64,000 bases of DNA from positions 4,276-68,275 of the forward strand of contig OX044367.1 of assembly GCA_943846785.1 (NCBI GenBank). Direction: 5' to 3'. Shown piece after piece: positions 10,304 to 20,648 of this stretch. The notes under the pieces are model-generated. The model ran no database searches. It saw only the letters and a list, made by a program, of their open reading frames with translations, and was not told where the DNA came from. The stretch comes from an uncultured SAR86 cluster bacterium. Its GTDB lineage: Bacteria; Pseudomonadota; Gammaproteobacteria; Magnimaribacterales; D2472. The number at the start of each line of letters is the position of its first letter. The stretch's first letter is position 1. Position numbers and translations under genes: made by a program.

Positions 10304-10775
10304 TTAAAAGATAAGATCTTTTTCTGGGATAGTAACTCTTCTCATAGAGCCAAGAAAAGAAAGAAGGACGCCAACTCTTTCTTTAGAAGGAAGTGAGCAA
10401 ACTTTTACTATGCTTCCTTTAAAGAACCCTTTGCAATAATGCATCTTGACCTATTTGTATTTGTGAGACTATTGGATCTATTTTTGATGTTTCTTCTACC
10501 ATTTGCATAGCTTTAATATCTTCATTAGAAATGCAGGGATATTATCTCCAAATTTTATAATATTTTTTATACCCATTGTATATTTAAGAGCTGAGTAATT
10601 TTCAAGACTAGTATTAATAAAAATATAGCCAGGAAAGAGTACTTCCTCTTTGGATTAGAATTAATCTTTTTTATTGTTATTTTCGGTAAATAATAGTCAA
10701 ATTTTGATTTAATAGATTGCTTTCTAATCTTTTAACTTCGTTAGTTTTATATGGCATAAGCCATTTTTTTTTCAT
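10304..10775 (-). pseudogene. rfaH: NusG-family specialised antiterminator (RfaH-like), apparent frameshifts
   Basis: By-eye translation from the ATG at 10775: MKKKWLMPYKTNEVKRLESNLLNQNLTIIYPKITIKKINSNPKEEVLFPGYIFINTSLENYSALKYTMGIKNIIKFGDNIP (NGN domain pattern). A KOW-like tail ends ...VGVLLSFLGSMRRVTIPEKDLIF, with the stop at 10304-10306. Confidence 0.6.
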
Positions 10776-10782
10776 ATATATG

Positions 10783-10869
10783 TGGTACCCGAGGCCGGAC
10801 TTGAACCGGCACGATATTTCTATCGAGGGATTTTAAGTCCCTTGTGTCTACCAATTCCACCACTCGGGC
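10783..10869 (-). tRNA. tRNA-Leu (anticodon UAA), 87 nt including encoded CCA
   Basis: The reverse complement is GCCCGAGTGGTGGAATTGGTAGACACAAGGGACTTAAAATCCCTCGATAGAAATATCGTGCCGGTTCAAGTCCGGCCTCGGGTACCA. It has a 7-bp acceptor stem, anticodon loop CTTAAAA, a long variable arm and a GGTTCAAGTCC T-arm. Confidence 0.95.
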
Positions 10870-10931
10870 AAGTTAATTGGTACCAATTTATAATCATTAT
10901 ACTTTTATATATATAAATGTCTTTAAAATAT

Positions 10932-11005
10932 TGGAGGCTGAAGCCGGAATCGAACCGGCGTAAACGGCTTTGCAGGCCGCTGCATAACCACTCTGCCATC
11001 CAGCC
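10932..11005 (-). tRNA. tRNA-Cys (anticodon GCA), 74 nt including encoded CCA
   Basis: The reverse complement is GGCTGGATGGCAGAGTGGTTATGCAGCGGCCTGCAAAGCCGTTTACGCCGGTTCGATTCCGGCTTCAGCCTCCA. It has anticodon loop CTGCAAA, a GGTTCGATTCC T-arm and discriminator U, as expected for tRNA-Cys. Confidence 0.95.
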
Positions 11006-11056
11006 AATTAAGCATGATGTATTGTATACATCTATAAGGGAAAGTAAAAAGATAAA

Positions 11057-11812
11057 TTAATCTTTATCCAGTCTCTCAATATCACTTTCTATACAATCTT
11101 CACCATATTGAATTTCAATAATATGCTGTTTTCATTAGAAGGATTGCTTATTTGATGCCAATGTCCAACTGGAACAAGATAATGATCAAATTTATTAAGT
11201 TGTAACTCTTTTTATTCTTATTATAGGATCATTTGAATATGAGACATACACTGACCCTTCACTGACAAGCCAAATCTCATTTCTTTTAAAATGTCTTTGA
11301 AAACTCATCGCTTTACCGGGTCGACTATTAACTCTTTAACTTTAATTTCTTTGTTTCAAATAAATTAAAAAAAGACCCCCACTGCCTTTCTTCAAAATAA
11401 TATTGCCATTTTTTAAGAATCCATGATGATGAATTCTTTTTATCATCACCCCAACACTAAAAATAAAATTTATATCAGCAACAGACATTTCTGGTATATT
11501 TTTTTTATCTCTATCCCACCATTAGCAAAATAAATATCATCATTAGGATAAGTTTTTTAATTTCTTCTAATGCATTTATGCAAGACCCTTTCATCATCTT
11601 AAAACCAATAACTTCATCTACAAATTTTATTGATTCAACTATAGCTTTTCTTTCATCAAATGGCATAAAAAATTTACCTTTCTTTTTTTAAGCCAAGCAT
11701 CACTATTTAAAGCAACTATTAATTTATCTCCATGACTCTTTGCAGATTTAAAATAAGCAATATGGCCAGAATGAATTGGATCAAAACCCCCACTAACAAC
11801 TACTATTTTCAT
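11057..11812 (-). pseudogene. Cytidylyl/adenylyltransferase (HldE domain II / TagD-like) followed, apparently without a stop, by a mannose-6-phosphate-isomerase-type cupin; multiple apparent frameshifts
   Basis: From the ATG at 11812: MKIVVVSGGFDPIHSGHIAYFKSAKSHGDKLIVALNSDAWL (HxGH nucleotidyltransferase motif). Downstream fragments read ...ERQWGSFFNLFE...PGKAMSFQRHFKRNEIWLVSEGSVYV...GHWHQISNPSNEN (cupin motifs). The stop is at 11057-11059. Confidence 0.6.
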
Positions 11813-11816
11813 TATT

Positions 11817-12365
11817 TTAGGGAGTCAGTATCTTTAAAAGAATTAATTGTATATACAATAGCCTGTATACAAAGTGATAAAAAGAGAGAGCAAAAAGAAG
11901 AATATCTGCAACAACAATAAGAAGCATATTATTTAAAGTTAGTGCAATAAGGTAAATACTGATTGTAAAAAGTTGAATTGTGGTTTTAATTTTTGCTAAA
12001 AAAGTAACTTTAGTTGCATCACTTTTATTATTTCTAGCATTTAAGTCTCTTAATGCTCCAACCCAAATTTCTCTTGTAATAATTAGAGCTGCAAAAAATC
12101 CAATTAAATAACTTGAAAGATTTACTGCTAAACCAAAAAAAACAAATACTATAAGAATTTTATCAGCTATTGGATCAAGTATTTCTCCAAGTTGAGAAAC
12201 TGCATTATATTTTCTTGCTAAGTAACCATCTAACCAATCTGTGAAACCAGCAATATAAAACAAGATAAGTGCTAGCAAGTAACCATCTGAAGACATCAAT
12301 AAAAGAAAAATAATTGCTGCTAATACAATTCTTGAAAATGTTAGAAGATTTATAAAAGTAATCAT
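11817..12365 (-). CDS. pgsA: CDP-diacylglycerol--glycerol-3-phosphate 3-phosphatidyltransferase
   Basis: Intact 182 aa with the CDP-alcohol phosphotransferase motif DWLDGYLARKYNAVSQLGEILDPIADK. The start overlaps the uvrC stop (TAATG). Confidence 0.9.
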   Translation of the reverse strand: MITFINLLTFSRIVLAAIIFLLLMSSDGYLLALILFYIAGFTDWLDGYLARKYNAVSQLGEILDPIADKILIVFVFFGLAVNLSSYLIGFFAALIITREIWVGALRDLNARNNKSDATKVTFLAKIKTTIQLFTISIYLIALTLNNMLLIVVADILLFALSFYHFVYRLLYIQLILLKILTP

Positions 12366-14154
12366 TATTTGATATTTTGTTTTATTAGATTAGCTATTTT
12401 GTCATTAATGCCTCTTACAGTCATTAAATCTTCTATATTTGCAGATTTTATATTTTTTAAACTTTTAAATTTTAGAAGTATCTTATTTTTTAATGCAGGG
12501 CCAATGCCTGGGATTAAGTCTAGTTGTGATTTTTTTATAGAGCCCCTTTTCTTCTTTCTTTGAGCAGTTATTGCAAATCTATGTGACTCATCTCTCATTT
12601 CCTGAAGAACAAGATATGCTTTTGAGTACTTATCTAATTCTACAATCACCATTATCAGCAAGAATGGTTTCAGTAGCTCTTACCCTGTTCGATCCTTTAA
12701 CAATTGAAATAACCTCAATATCGTTATAGATCGATTTATCAATTACTGATTTGCTATATTTCAACTGAGTTTTGCCGCCATCTATTAAAATGATATCTGG
12801 CTTAATATTAGGATCATCATAATACTTTATTCTTCTTTCAAGCACGTGTTCCAAGGAGCCCACATCATTACCAGACAACTCTTTCGGAATATTAAAAGTT
12901 CTATATTCTTTTTTTTGGGGCCTTGATTGGAAAATACCACACATGATGAAACAGCATGATCTCCAGAAATATGACTAATATCGTATGCCTCAATTTTTTT
13001 AATGTTATCTTTTAAACTCATAGCATTTTTAAGCTCATTAAATGCAAAGGTATATTTATCCTCTTTACTAATATGATTTTGTATAACTTGTTTAGCATTT
13101 ATTTTACAAAGATTAAAAATCGGTCTAATGGATTTATCAGGAGTATGGGTTAGATTTACTTTAACGTTATATTTTTTTTGAATTACTTTGGATAATAGGT
13201 CTTTCGATCTTAGTGCATCAGTAGACATAATTTTCTTTGGGATATCTGGCTGATTATCATAAAAGTTAATACTGCGCTTTGATAAACTTCCTCTAATGAA
13301 TCATAGTGAGCCTGTTTTATAAGATGAGTTTTTGTCCCTCTTATTTTTCCTCTTCTTACAACAATAATGCATATGCCTAGATAGTTATCTTCTGCATGGA
13401 CAGAAAAGATATCAACATCCCTAGCCAGAGTTACAACAGACTGCTCCTCTCTTAACAGTTGAAGTCTTCTTAGCTCTATCTCGAATCTCTGCTGCTTTTT
13501 CAAATTCAAGCTTTTTTGATGCTTTTTCAATATCTGAGGTTAGTTTATTGATAGTTTGATTATCAGAGGAGGAAAGGTAAGATTTTGCACTAGCAATATC
13601 CTCGAAGTAATCTGTTTTTGATATTTTTTTCACACATGGAGCTGAGCATCTTTTCATTTGAAATTCTATACATGGACGAGTCCTATTGGTAAAAGTTGTA
13701 TCACTACAATTTCTTACTTGAAAAATTTTTTGTATTTCTTTGATGGATTTCTTAACTGCTTCTGAGCTAACAAATGGTCCAAAGAATTTTGAATCAACAG
13801 CTTTCTTGGTTCTCTTTGAGTAAATACCTGGATACTCATGATCTAAAGAAAAGAAAATATAAGGATATGTTTTGTCATCTCGTAAAAGAATATTAAATTT
13901 TGGTTTATTTTCTTTGATCAGCATCTGCTCTAAAAAAGAGCCTCAACTTCATTCTTTGTTGTAAAAGTTTCTATATTGTCCGTTAGTAGCTTTATCTGTC
14001 TGGTTTTTCTATCTTTAAATGAGTTACCAAAATAGCTTGAAACTCTTTTTTTTAAATTTTTTGCTTTACCAATATAGATAATTTCGTGGTTGCTAAAAAA
14101 TTTATAAACTCCAGGTGTGCTCGGAACCTTTGTAAGCTCAACCGCCATGCTCAT
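12365..14154 (-). pseudogene. uvrC: Excinuclease ABC subunit C, at least five apparent frame breaks
   Basis: Six consecutive ORF pieces carry the GIY-YIG N-terminus (PGVYKFFSNHEIIYIGKAKNLKKRVSSYF), the UVR segment (EKASKKLEFEKAAEIRD), the endonuclease region, and the C-terminal RDESHRFAI plus HhH (IPGIGPALKNKILLKF). Confidence 0.9.
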
Positions 14155-15544
14155 CAAGATATTTGTTGGTAAAAATTTTCCCTGCACTAACCCCATATTG
14201 ATCAAATGGATTTATTTCTAGCATTTGGGAGGTTATAAAAGTTCTATGCTCCCATGAGGCGATTAAGTATCCAAGATTAAATGGATTCAATGTTTTTAGT
14301 GTAAATAAATTTGTAGGTACGTTTGAATTTACTTTTTCATGATCCTTTAGGTCAGCATTATCCCCATTAGCTAATAAATTTGCCTGAGCCTGAGACTGAG
14401 CAAAAAGTAATTTATTTTTATTCTTGTAATCTTCAATAGTAAATATATCTGCACATACAGAGGATGTTCCTTGGTGTAGTAACTGAAAATAGGAGTGCTG
14501 TGCTGTTGAGCCAAATCCACCAAAAACTATTTGACCCGTTTTTTGAAATATTGAATTTTTGTTTGGTTGCTTACCTATTGATTCCATTTCTAAGCTGCTG
14601 AGCATAATCATTAAAGTACCTCATTTTCCAACTATATGTTAGTAAGACTCTTGTCTCTCTATGCATAAAATTGCTATACCAAAGATCACTGAATGAAAGA
14701 GTCTTAATAAAATCTTTATACTCGTTATCATATAAAAGCTGGTTATCTGCCTCTCCGCCACCTTTTAAAAAATCTATAAAATCTTTACCAAGCTCCAAAA
14801 TTGCAGGAAGTGAAATAGGTGACCACATTGAATATCTTCCTCCAATCTCATTGGGAAAAGTAATCATATTATTAAAACCAAGTTCTTTTGCTTTATTTGG
14901 TTGAGAGGTTATTGCAATAAAATGATCATTAAATTTACAATTTTGTAATATCCAGTTTTTTGCAAGCTCAAGGCTTTGAAGGGTTTCATCTGTGACTAAA
15001 TGACTTAGATGAAACAATAAAAAAGGTTTCTTCTTGGACTAACGGCTCAACAGTTTCATTGAACTCAATATGATCTGGCCCTGTTAAAAAAATATGATTG
15101 AAATGTCTTGTACTTGAATTAGTTAAAGTTTCTATAAGAAGCTTAGGGCCCTCAAAAGAACCACCAATACCAATAGTTACAATATTTTTTATACCTTTTC
15201 TAAGAGCTTAGTCCTGAGCTCAATGCAATCCTGGATTGAATTTCTGCAATTTTGTAATAGCTCTTCTGACTGAAAATTATTAGGATTTTCTGAAAAAATA
15301 TCCGATATACATGATGAAGAGCCGACTGTTTTTCTGTTACGTTTATTTCTTCTCCATGAAATAAATCTTTAATACCCTGATCAATATCTAAATCTTTATA
15401 GGTTAAATCAAATAAATCAAATATTTCTTTGTTAAAGCCTTTTAAGAGAGATTTGTAATTTAATGCTTTACTATTAAAAGAGAAGTTAAATATTTCGCCA
15501 TTAGTATTTTGAGATTTTTCTAGAAGCTCTTCTTTGATATTCAT
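14138..15544 (-). pseudogene. pgi: Glucose-6-phosphate isomerase, at least three apparent frame breaks
   Basis: Pieces at 15200-15544, an unlisted piece at about 15000-15200 (GIGGSFEGPKLL read by eye), 14571-15017 (IGGRYSMWSPISLP) and 14138-14611 (...GYLIASWEHRTF...DQYGVSAGK). Confidence 0.9.
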
Positions 15545-15545
15545 A

Positions 15546-16212
15546 TTAATTTATAGAGTTGAATATATTTTTAAGGGCATTTTGGGGATCTGCAGCTTCT
15601 GTGATGGCCTTCCTATTACTAAATAATTAGCCCCAAGCTCAATAGCCTTTTGTGGTGTCATTACTCTGCTTTGATCATCATCAATCAGACAAGCGTATTC
15701 CTGGAGTAATAGAGAGGAGTGACTCTTTTTGTTTAACTAAATTTAATTCATGAGGAGAGCAAACCACCCCATCAATCCAGCTTGTATAGCAATTTCAAGC
15801 ATTGCATTTACCTGAGATGCTGCATCTCTCTGTATATTATATTTGTATCATCATCAGTCAGGCTTGTAAGAGCGGTAACACCAAATACTTTTATATCTGT
15901 TCCATTAACAGCTTCCATTGCAGCTTTCATCATCTGAAACCCACCTGAGGTATGAATTGTAAGCATATTAATTGGGAGAGCTTTTAGGCCTTCAATTGAT
16001 TTTTTTACTGTATTTGGGATGTCATGCAGCTTTAAGTCTAAAAAAATATCAAAGCCTTTGTTAGATGCATGCAAGATAGCCTCATGCCCAAGAGCATTAA
16101 AACTAACACTTCCAACTTTTACCATGCAAAGATCTGGATCAAGAGAATCTACAATATTTTTAAAAGCATCTAGATGATACTCATCAACAGCTACGATAAT
16201 ATTTTTAGACAT
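15546..16212 (-). pseudogene. pyrF: Orotidine 5'-phosphate decarboxylase, apparent frame breaks in the C-terminal third
   Basis: The 15808-16212 piece reads MSKNIIVAVD...VKVGSVSF...FLDLKLHDIPNTV (DxKxxD motif). C-terminal fragments end ...EAADPQNALKNIFNSIN, with the stop at 15546-15548, one base before the pgi ATG. Confidence 0.85.
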
Positions 16213-16236
16213 AATTGTTGAATTTTAAACTATTAG

Positions 16237-16532
16237 CTACTTATCTACTAATGATTTAGAAGGCTTGAAATGCATTGTAGCTGTCTCTCCAAGATAGGAG
16301 ACTTCTTTTGTTTTAGGGTTGATAAACTTTCCTAGGTCTGATATATTTTTTTGAAAAAGTACCAAACCCTCTAATTTCAACTTTATCATCGAATGCAACA
16401 GCATCAACAATAGACTCTAATATAGAATCTATTGCTAATGAAATTTGTGATTTAGTGAGGTGTGGAAATTGCTTTAGTTAAAGCTGATTCAATATCTGAA
16501 CGGTTATAAGTTTGTTGCTTATTACTACTCAC
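16237..16532 (-). pseudogene. ihfB: Integration host factor beta subunit-like (HU/IHF family), apparent frame breaks
   Basis: A GTG start at 16532 overlaps the rpsA stop. The by-eye reading is MSSNKQQTYNRSDIESALTK...LTKSQISLAIDSILESIVDAVAFDDKVEIRGFGTFS...MHFKPSKSLVDK. The position after rpsA matches the conserved rpsA-ihfB order. Confidence 0.7.
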
Positions 16533-17835
16533 TCAACTTTAATGAAATTCTTTCTCTTTCTGCATCAACTGCAAAAACTATACACTCTAATTTATCGCCT
16601 TTTTTGATATTCTTCTAATGCATCTTTTGGATCATCATCATCAGAAATATCAGAAAGGTGAATTAATCCATCGATATCACCCTCTAAGCCAACAAAGATT
16701 CCAAAATCTGTTATTGATTTAATATGCCCATCAACTTTATCGCCGATACCATATTTATTAGAGAATTCAGTCCATGGATTAGCTTTAGTTTGCTTAAGAC
16801 CTAGAGAAATTCTTCTTTTATCATGATCTATTTCAAGAATCATAACTTTAATCTTTTGCTCCATCTCTACAACTTTTGAAGGATGAATATTTTTGCTAGT
16901 CCAATCAAGCTCTGATAGATGAATAAGGCCTTCTATTCCTTCTTCTAATTGAGCAAAACAGCCGTAGTCAGTAATATTTGAAACTGAAGCCTCATAAACA
17001 CCACCAACAGCATAATTACTTTCAACATTTTCCCAAGGATCATTTTGAATTTGTTTTAGACCTAAAGAAACTCTAAGTTTTTCTTTATCAAAACTTAAAA
17101 TCTTAACATCAATCTCATCACCAAGACTAAGAATTCTGCTGGGTTAGTAACTCTTGACCAAGATATATCTGTATATGTGAAGTAAGCCATCAAGTCCACC
17201 TAGATCTACGAAAGCGCCGTAATCAGTGATGTTTTTAACAACACCTCTAACAATTTGACCTTCTTCTAAGATTTTTGAGAAGCTCAACTTTAACAGCTGA
17301 ATTATTTTTTTCAAGAACAGCTTTTCTTGAAAGAACAACATTATTTCTTTTGTAATCAAGTTTGATTACTTTGAATTCTTGTACTGTATTTTCAATGTCT
17401 GGTGCCTCTTTTACAGGTCTAACATCAACTAAGGATCCAGGTAAGAATGCTTTAACAACTTCTACCTCTACTGCGAAGCCACCTTTAACTCTGTTATGAA
17501 TTTTACCAGTAACAAACTCTCCAGTTTCTAGTGCTTCTTCAAGCATTTTCCAGGTTGATATTTTTCTTGCCTTTTCTCTTGAAATTCTTGTTTCTCCATA
17601 ACCGTCTTCAACGGCCTCTAGAGCAACTTCTACCTCATCTCCAACGACGATACTTACCTCGCCTTCATTATTTCTAAATTCATCAAGAGATACTACTCCT
17701 TCTGATTTTAATCCTACATGGACTGTTACCCAGTCATTATCTACGTCTAATACAACTCCAGATACTATTGATCCGGGTTGCATATCTAAGTGTGCTTAAA
17801 CTTTCATCTAGTAAAGCTGCAAATGATTCTGTCAT
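16525..17835 (-). pseudogene. rpsA: 30S ribosomal protein S1 (five S1 domains recognisable), multiple apparent frame breaks
   Basis: The ATG at 17835 (MTESFAALLDESL) overlaps the cmk stop (ATGA). Domains read by eye: MQPGSIVSGVV..., GEFVTGKIHNRVKGGFAVEV..., [35 protein letters not shown]..., VYEASVSNITDYGCFAQLEEGIEGLIHLSELDW..., and DKVDGHIKSITDFGIFVGLEGDIDGLIHLSDIS.... One break lies at the T5 run 17272-17276. Confidence 0.9.
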
Positions 17836-18482
17836 TTATTAAATTCCTTTTTTGTGAGCTTTTTAGTAAAACTCAGTACTTCGTCAAGAGACATTTATGA
17901 AGAATCAATTACTATCTGAATCTTCTGCAGGAATCAATGGGGATATGTTCTTGTTCTGTCCTTAAATCTCTCTCTTCAATGTCTGCAATCAGATCGGGCA
18001 TATTAACTTCTTGTCCACGATTCTGCAACTCTAAATATCTTCTTTTTGCTCTTACTTCTGCAGATGCTTCAAGAAATATTTTTAATCTTGCATCTGGAAA
18101 GACTACTGTTCCCATATCTCTTCCATCAGCAACCAAACCTCTTCCGAATAAAAGACTCTTTGAATATCTAGCAAATTTTTTCTAGTATTCTAGTGCCTTA
18201 TTTGAGCAAGCTGATTTTTGCTGTTTTTTCTGTTCTAGTTATGGTAATTTCTTCTGTATCTTTCAAAACATTTATACCATCTGATCAGAAATAAATGATA
18301 TTTGCTCGCTTATATTTTTTCCTATTTCTTCGTGATTACCACTTATGCTAAATAAATAAGCATAAACTCTGTAAAGCAAGACCGCTATCAAGAATATTAA
18401 AATCTAAATTCTTAGCTAATGTTCTTGATAAAGAGCCTTTCCCAGATGCAGAAGGACCATCGATCGTAATAATATTATCCAT
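17832..18482 (-). pseudogene. cmk: Cytidylate kinase, several frame breaks plus an in-frame TAA
   Basis: The ATG at 18482 gives MDNIITIDGPSASGKGSLSRTLAKNL (P-loop). The 17912-18136 piece reads [33 protein letters not shown]. The C-terminus reads IVIDSS-TAA-MSLDEVLSFTKKL. Confidence 0.85.
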
Positions 18483-18490
18483 TTCCATAT

Positions 18491-20648
18491 TTAACCTAAT
18501 TTATTCATGTTCTCAAAAAACTTGGGAATGAGGTAAATATATTTTTACAATTCTTAACAATAATATCCTTTTCAGACTCTAAGGCTTGCAATCAAAAAAC
18601 TCATTGCAATTCTATGATCATCCAAACGAATCATTTCAGGCTGTCACTGGAATATTTCTCTTACCCTTGAATTTTAATTCCATCTTCTACAATATCATGT
18701 TGACATTAAGTATTTGGAAACCAGCATGCAATTGCTGCTAGTCGATCTGACTCTTTTACTCGTAAGCTCTTCTGCATCCTTAATAGTAGTTTTCCCTCAG
18801 CAAATGAGGCAGCAATACTTAAAATTGGTATTTCATCGATAATATTAGGAATGATGTCGCCACCTATATCAATACCTTGTAAGTTTAGAAGATTTAACAG
18901 ATAAGTCTCCAACATCTTCATTACACTCAGTTGATTGATTCAATATTTCTATTTTGCTCCCATTGATTGAACACTTTAATTAATCCAGACCTTGTTGGAT
19001 TTAAGCCAACATTTTTATTAAGATTTCGATTCTTTTGCAATAAGGCCTGCAACTATTAAAAATGCAGCTGATGAAAAGTCTCCAACAACTTCATAGTGAT
19101 CTTTTGAGATAAGTTTTGTTGTGAAGAGTAATTCTTTACCCTCACCTTCTTTTGTATGACTCAATATTCCACCAAAATAATTAATCATTCTTTCTGTATG
19201 ATTTCTTGTTGGATGTTTTTCAATAACAGTAACTTTTTTATTTGCAGCTAAAGCAGCTAGAATTATTGAAGATTTAACTTGAGCACTTGCACTGGCATAT
19301 CATATAAAAATTATCCTTAATATCTTCCTTTTCTGGATTTTTAGGAGGAGTTCCTTCTGAGCATGTCAACTATTAGCTCCCATTTCATTTAGTGGATTAG
19401 CTACTCTTAGCATAGGTCTTTTAGATAAAGACTCATCGCCAACAAGGGTAGCTTCGAATATCTAAACTGGAAATTAAACCCATTAATAATCTTATTCCTG
19501 TTCCAGAGTTGCCTAAATCAATACTCGATTTAGGAGATAATGAATGGCTACATCCCTTTTAGAAATTATGCATTAGTTCCATTAATATTTATTGATGAGC
19601 CTATTTGATTTAAAGCCATTGCAGTAGATATTGGGATCTTCTCCATTAAGAAAGCCTTTAATGGAAATATCTTCATTAATAGAGAGCCTATAATCACAAT
19701 TCTCTGAGAGATTGATTTATCACCAGGACATAAACTTCACCTGATAGGTGCTGAGTTACTTTTTGCTAAAAGATTCAAAAGGCTATCTTCTTTATATTTT
19801 TTAATATCTTCTAACTCTTTCTTTAATAGATCTGAATGAGAAAATACCTCAGGAAGTTCTTTTGTCTTTGTCATTAACTCTAGAGGTTATTAATTGAAGC
19901 TGGAAACTTGCTAATGATTTAATAATATTTTTATCATTTAACTTCAAAAATATCTCTCCACATTTCTGGGTTAGAGCCACTAATCCTAATAAATTCTTTT
20001 AAGCCGCCCCCAACATTATCTTTAACATCTTTTGAGACAATCTAATAGAATCAATTAAGGCATATGAAATTAAATGAGGAAGATGGCTTGTCATGGCAAA
20101 CATCAAATCATGATCTTTTACAGACATCTCAGAAACTCTCATCTGTCAAACAAATTTCCAAAAATCTTCAAGCCTTTGGGTATGTTTTCTTTCAGCATTG
20201 AAAGGGTTGCATATTACTGTTTTCTTGCCAGTGAAAAAGTTTTCATCGCCCACTTGATATTCCTGATTTATCAGAACCAGCAATGGGATGAGATAAGAAC
20301 TATATTGGTAAATCTTTATACAATAGATGGTTCTTAACACTAGAGGTATCTGTAATAGTTGTCTGTGTATTCCAAAGCTGTTGAATGTATTAATTATATT
20401 CTTTGTAGCTTCTGGTGATACTGCTATAACTATAAGATCTATATAAGAGGTTAATTCTTTATTATTTATTGTCTTCTAATAGAATCAAAACTCTCATCAA
20501 TAATTTTATTATTCTATGCATATTGAAGACTTTTATCATCTATATCAAAACCATGAACTTTTATATCCTTTTTCTTTAGAAGCTTTTGCAATAGATGATC
20601 CAATTAAGCCTAGTCCAATGACTAGTATTTCTTTACATTAGTATTCAT
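18491..20648 (-). pseudogene. aroA: Prephenate dehydrogenase (TyrA) followed by 3-phosphoshikimate 1-carboxyvinyltransferase (AroA), possibly fused as in Pseudomonas; very many apparent frame breaks
   Basis: The ATG at 20648 gives MNTNVKK/ILVIGLGLIGSSIAKASKEKG (Rossmann), with a break at the T3 run 20628-20630. Further on come ...MTSHLPHLISYAL (TyrA), then VPGDKSISQRIVIIGSL, ...LGNSGTG..., and DDHRIAMSFLIASL (AroA). It ends ...TSFPSFFENMNKLG at 18491. Confidence 0.8.

Noticed and set aside
10875-10888. A perfect 14-bp palindrome, AATTGGTACCAATT, between tRNA-Cys and tRNA-Leu.
   Set aside because: It could be a processing hairpin or a protein-binding site. It is a single, short, AT-rich occurrence with no second copy noticed in the window, which is insufficient to call a feature.
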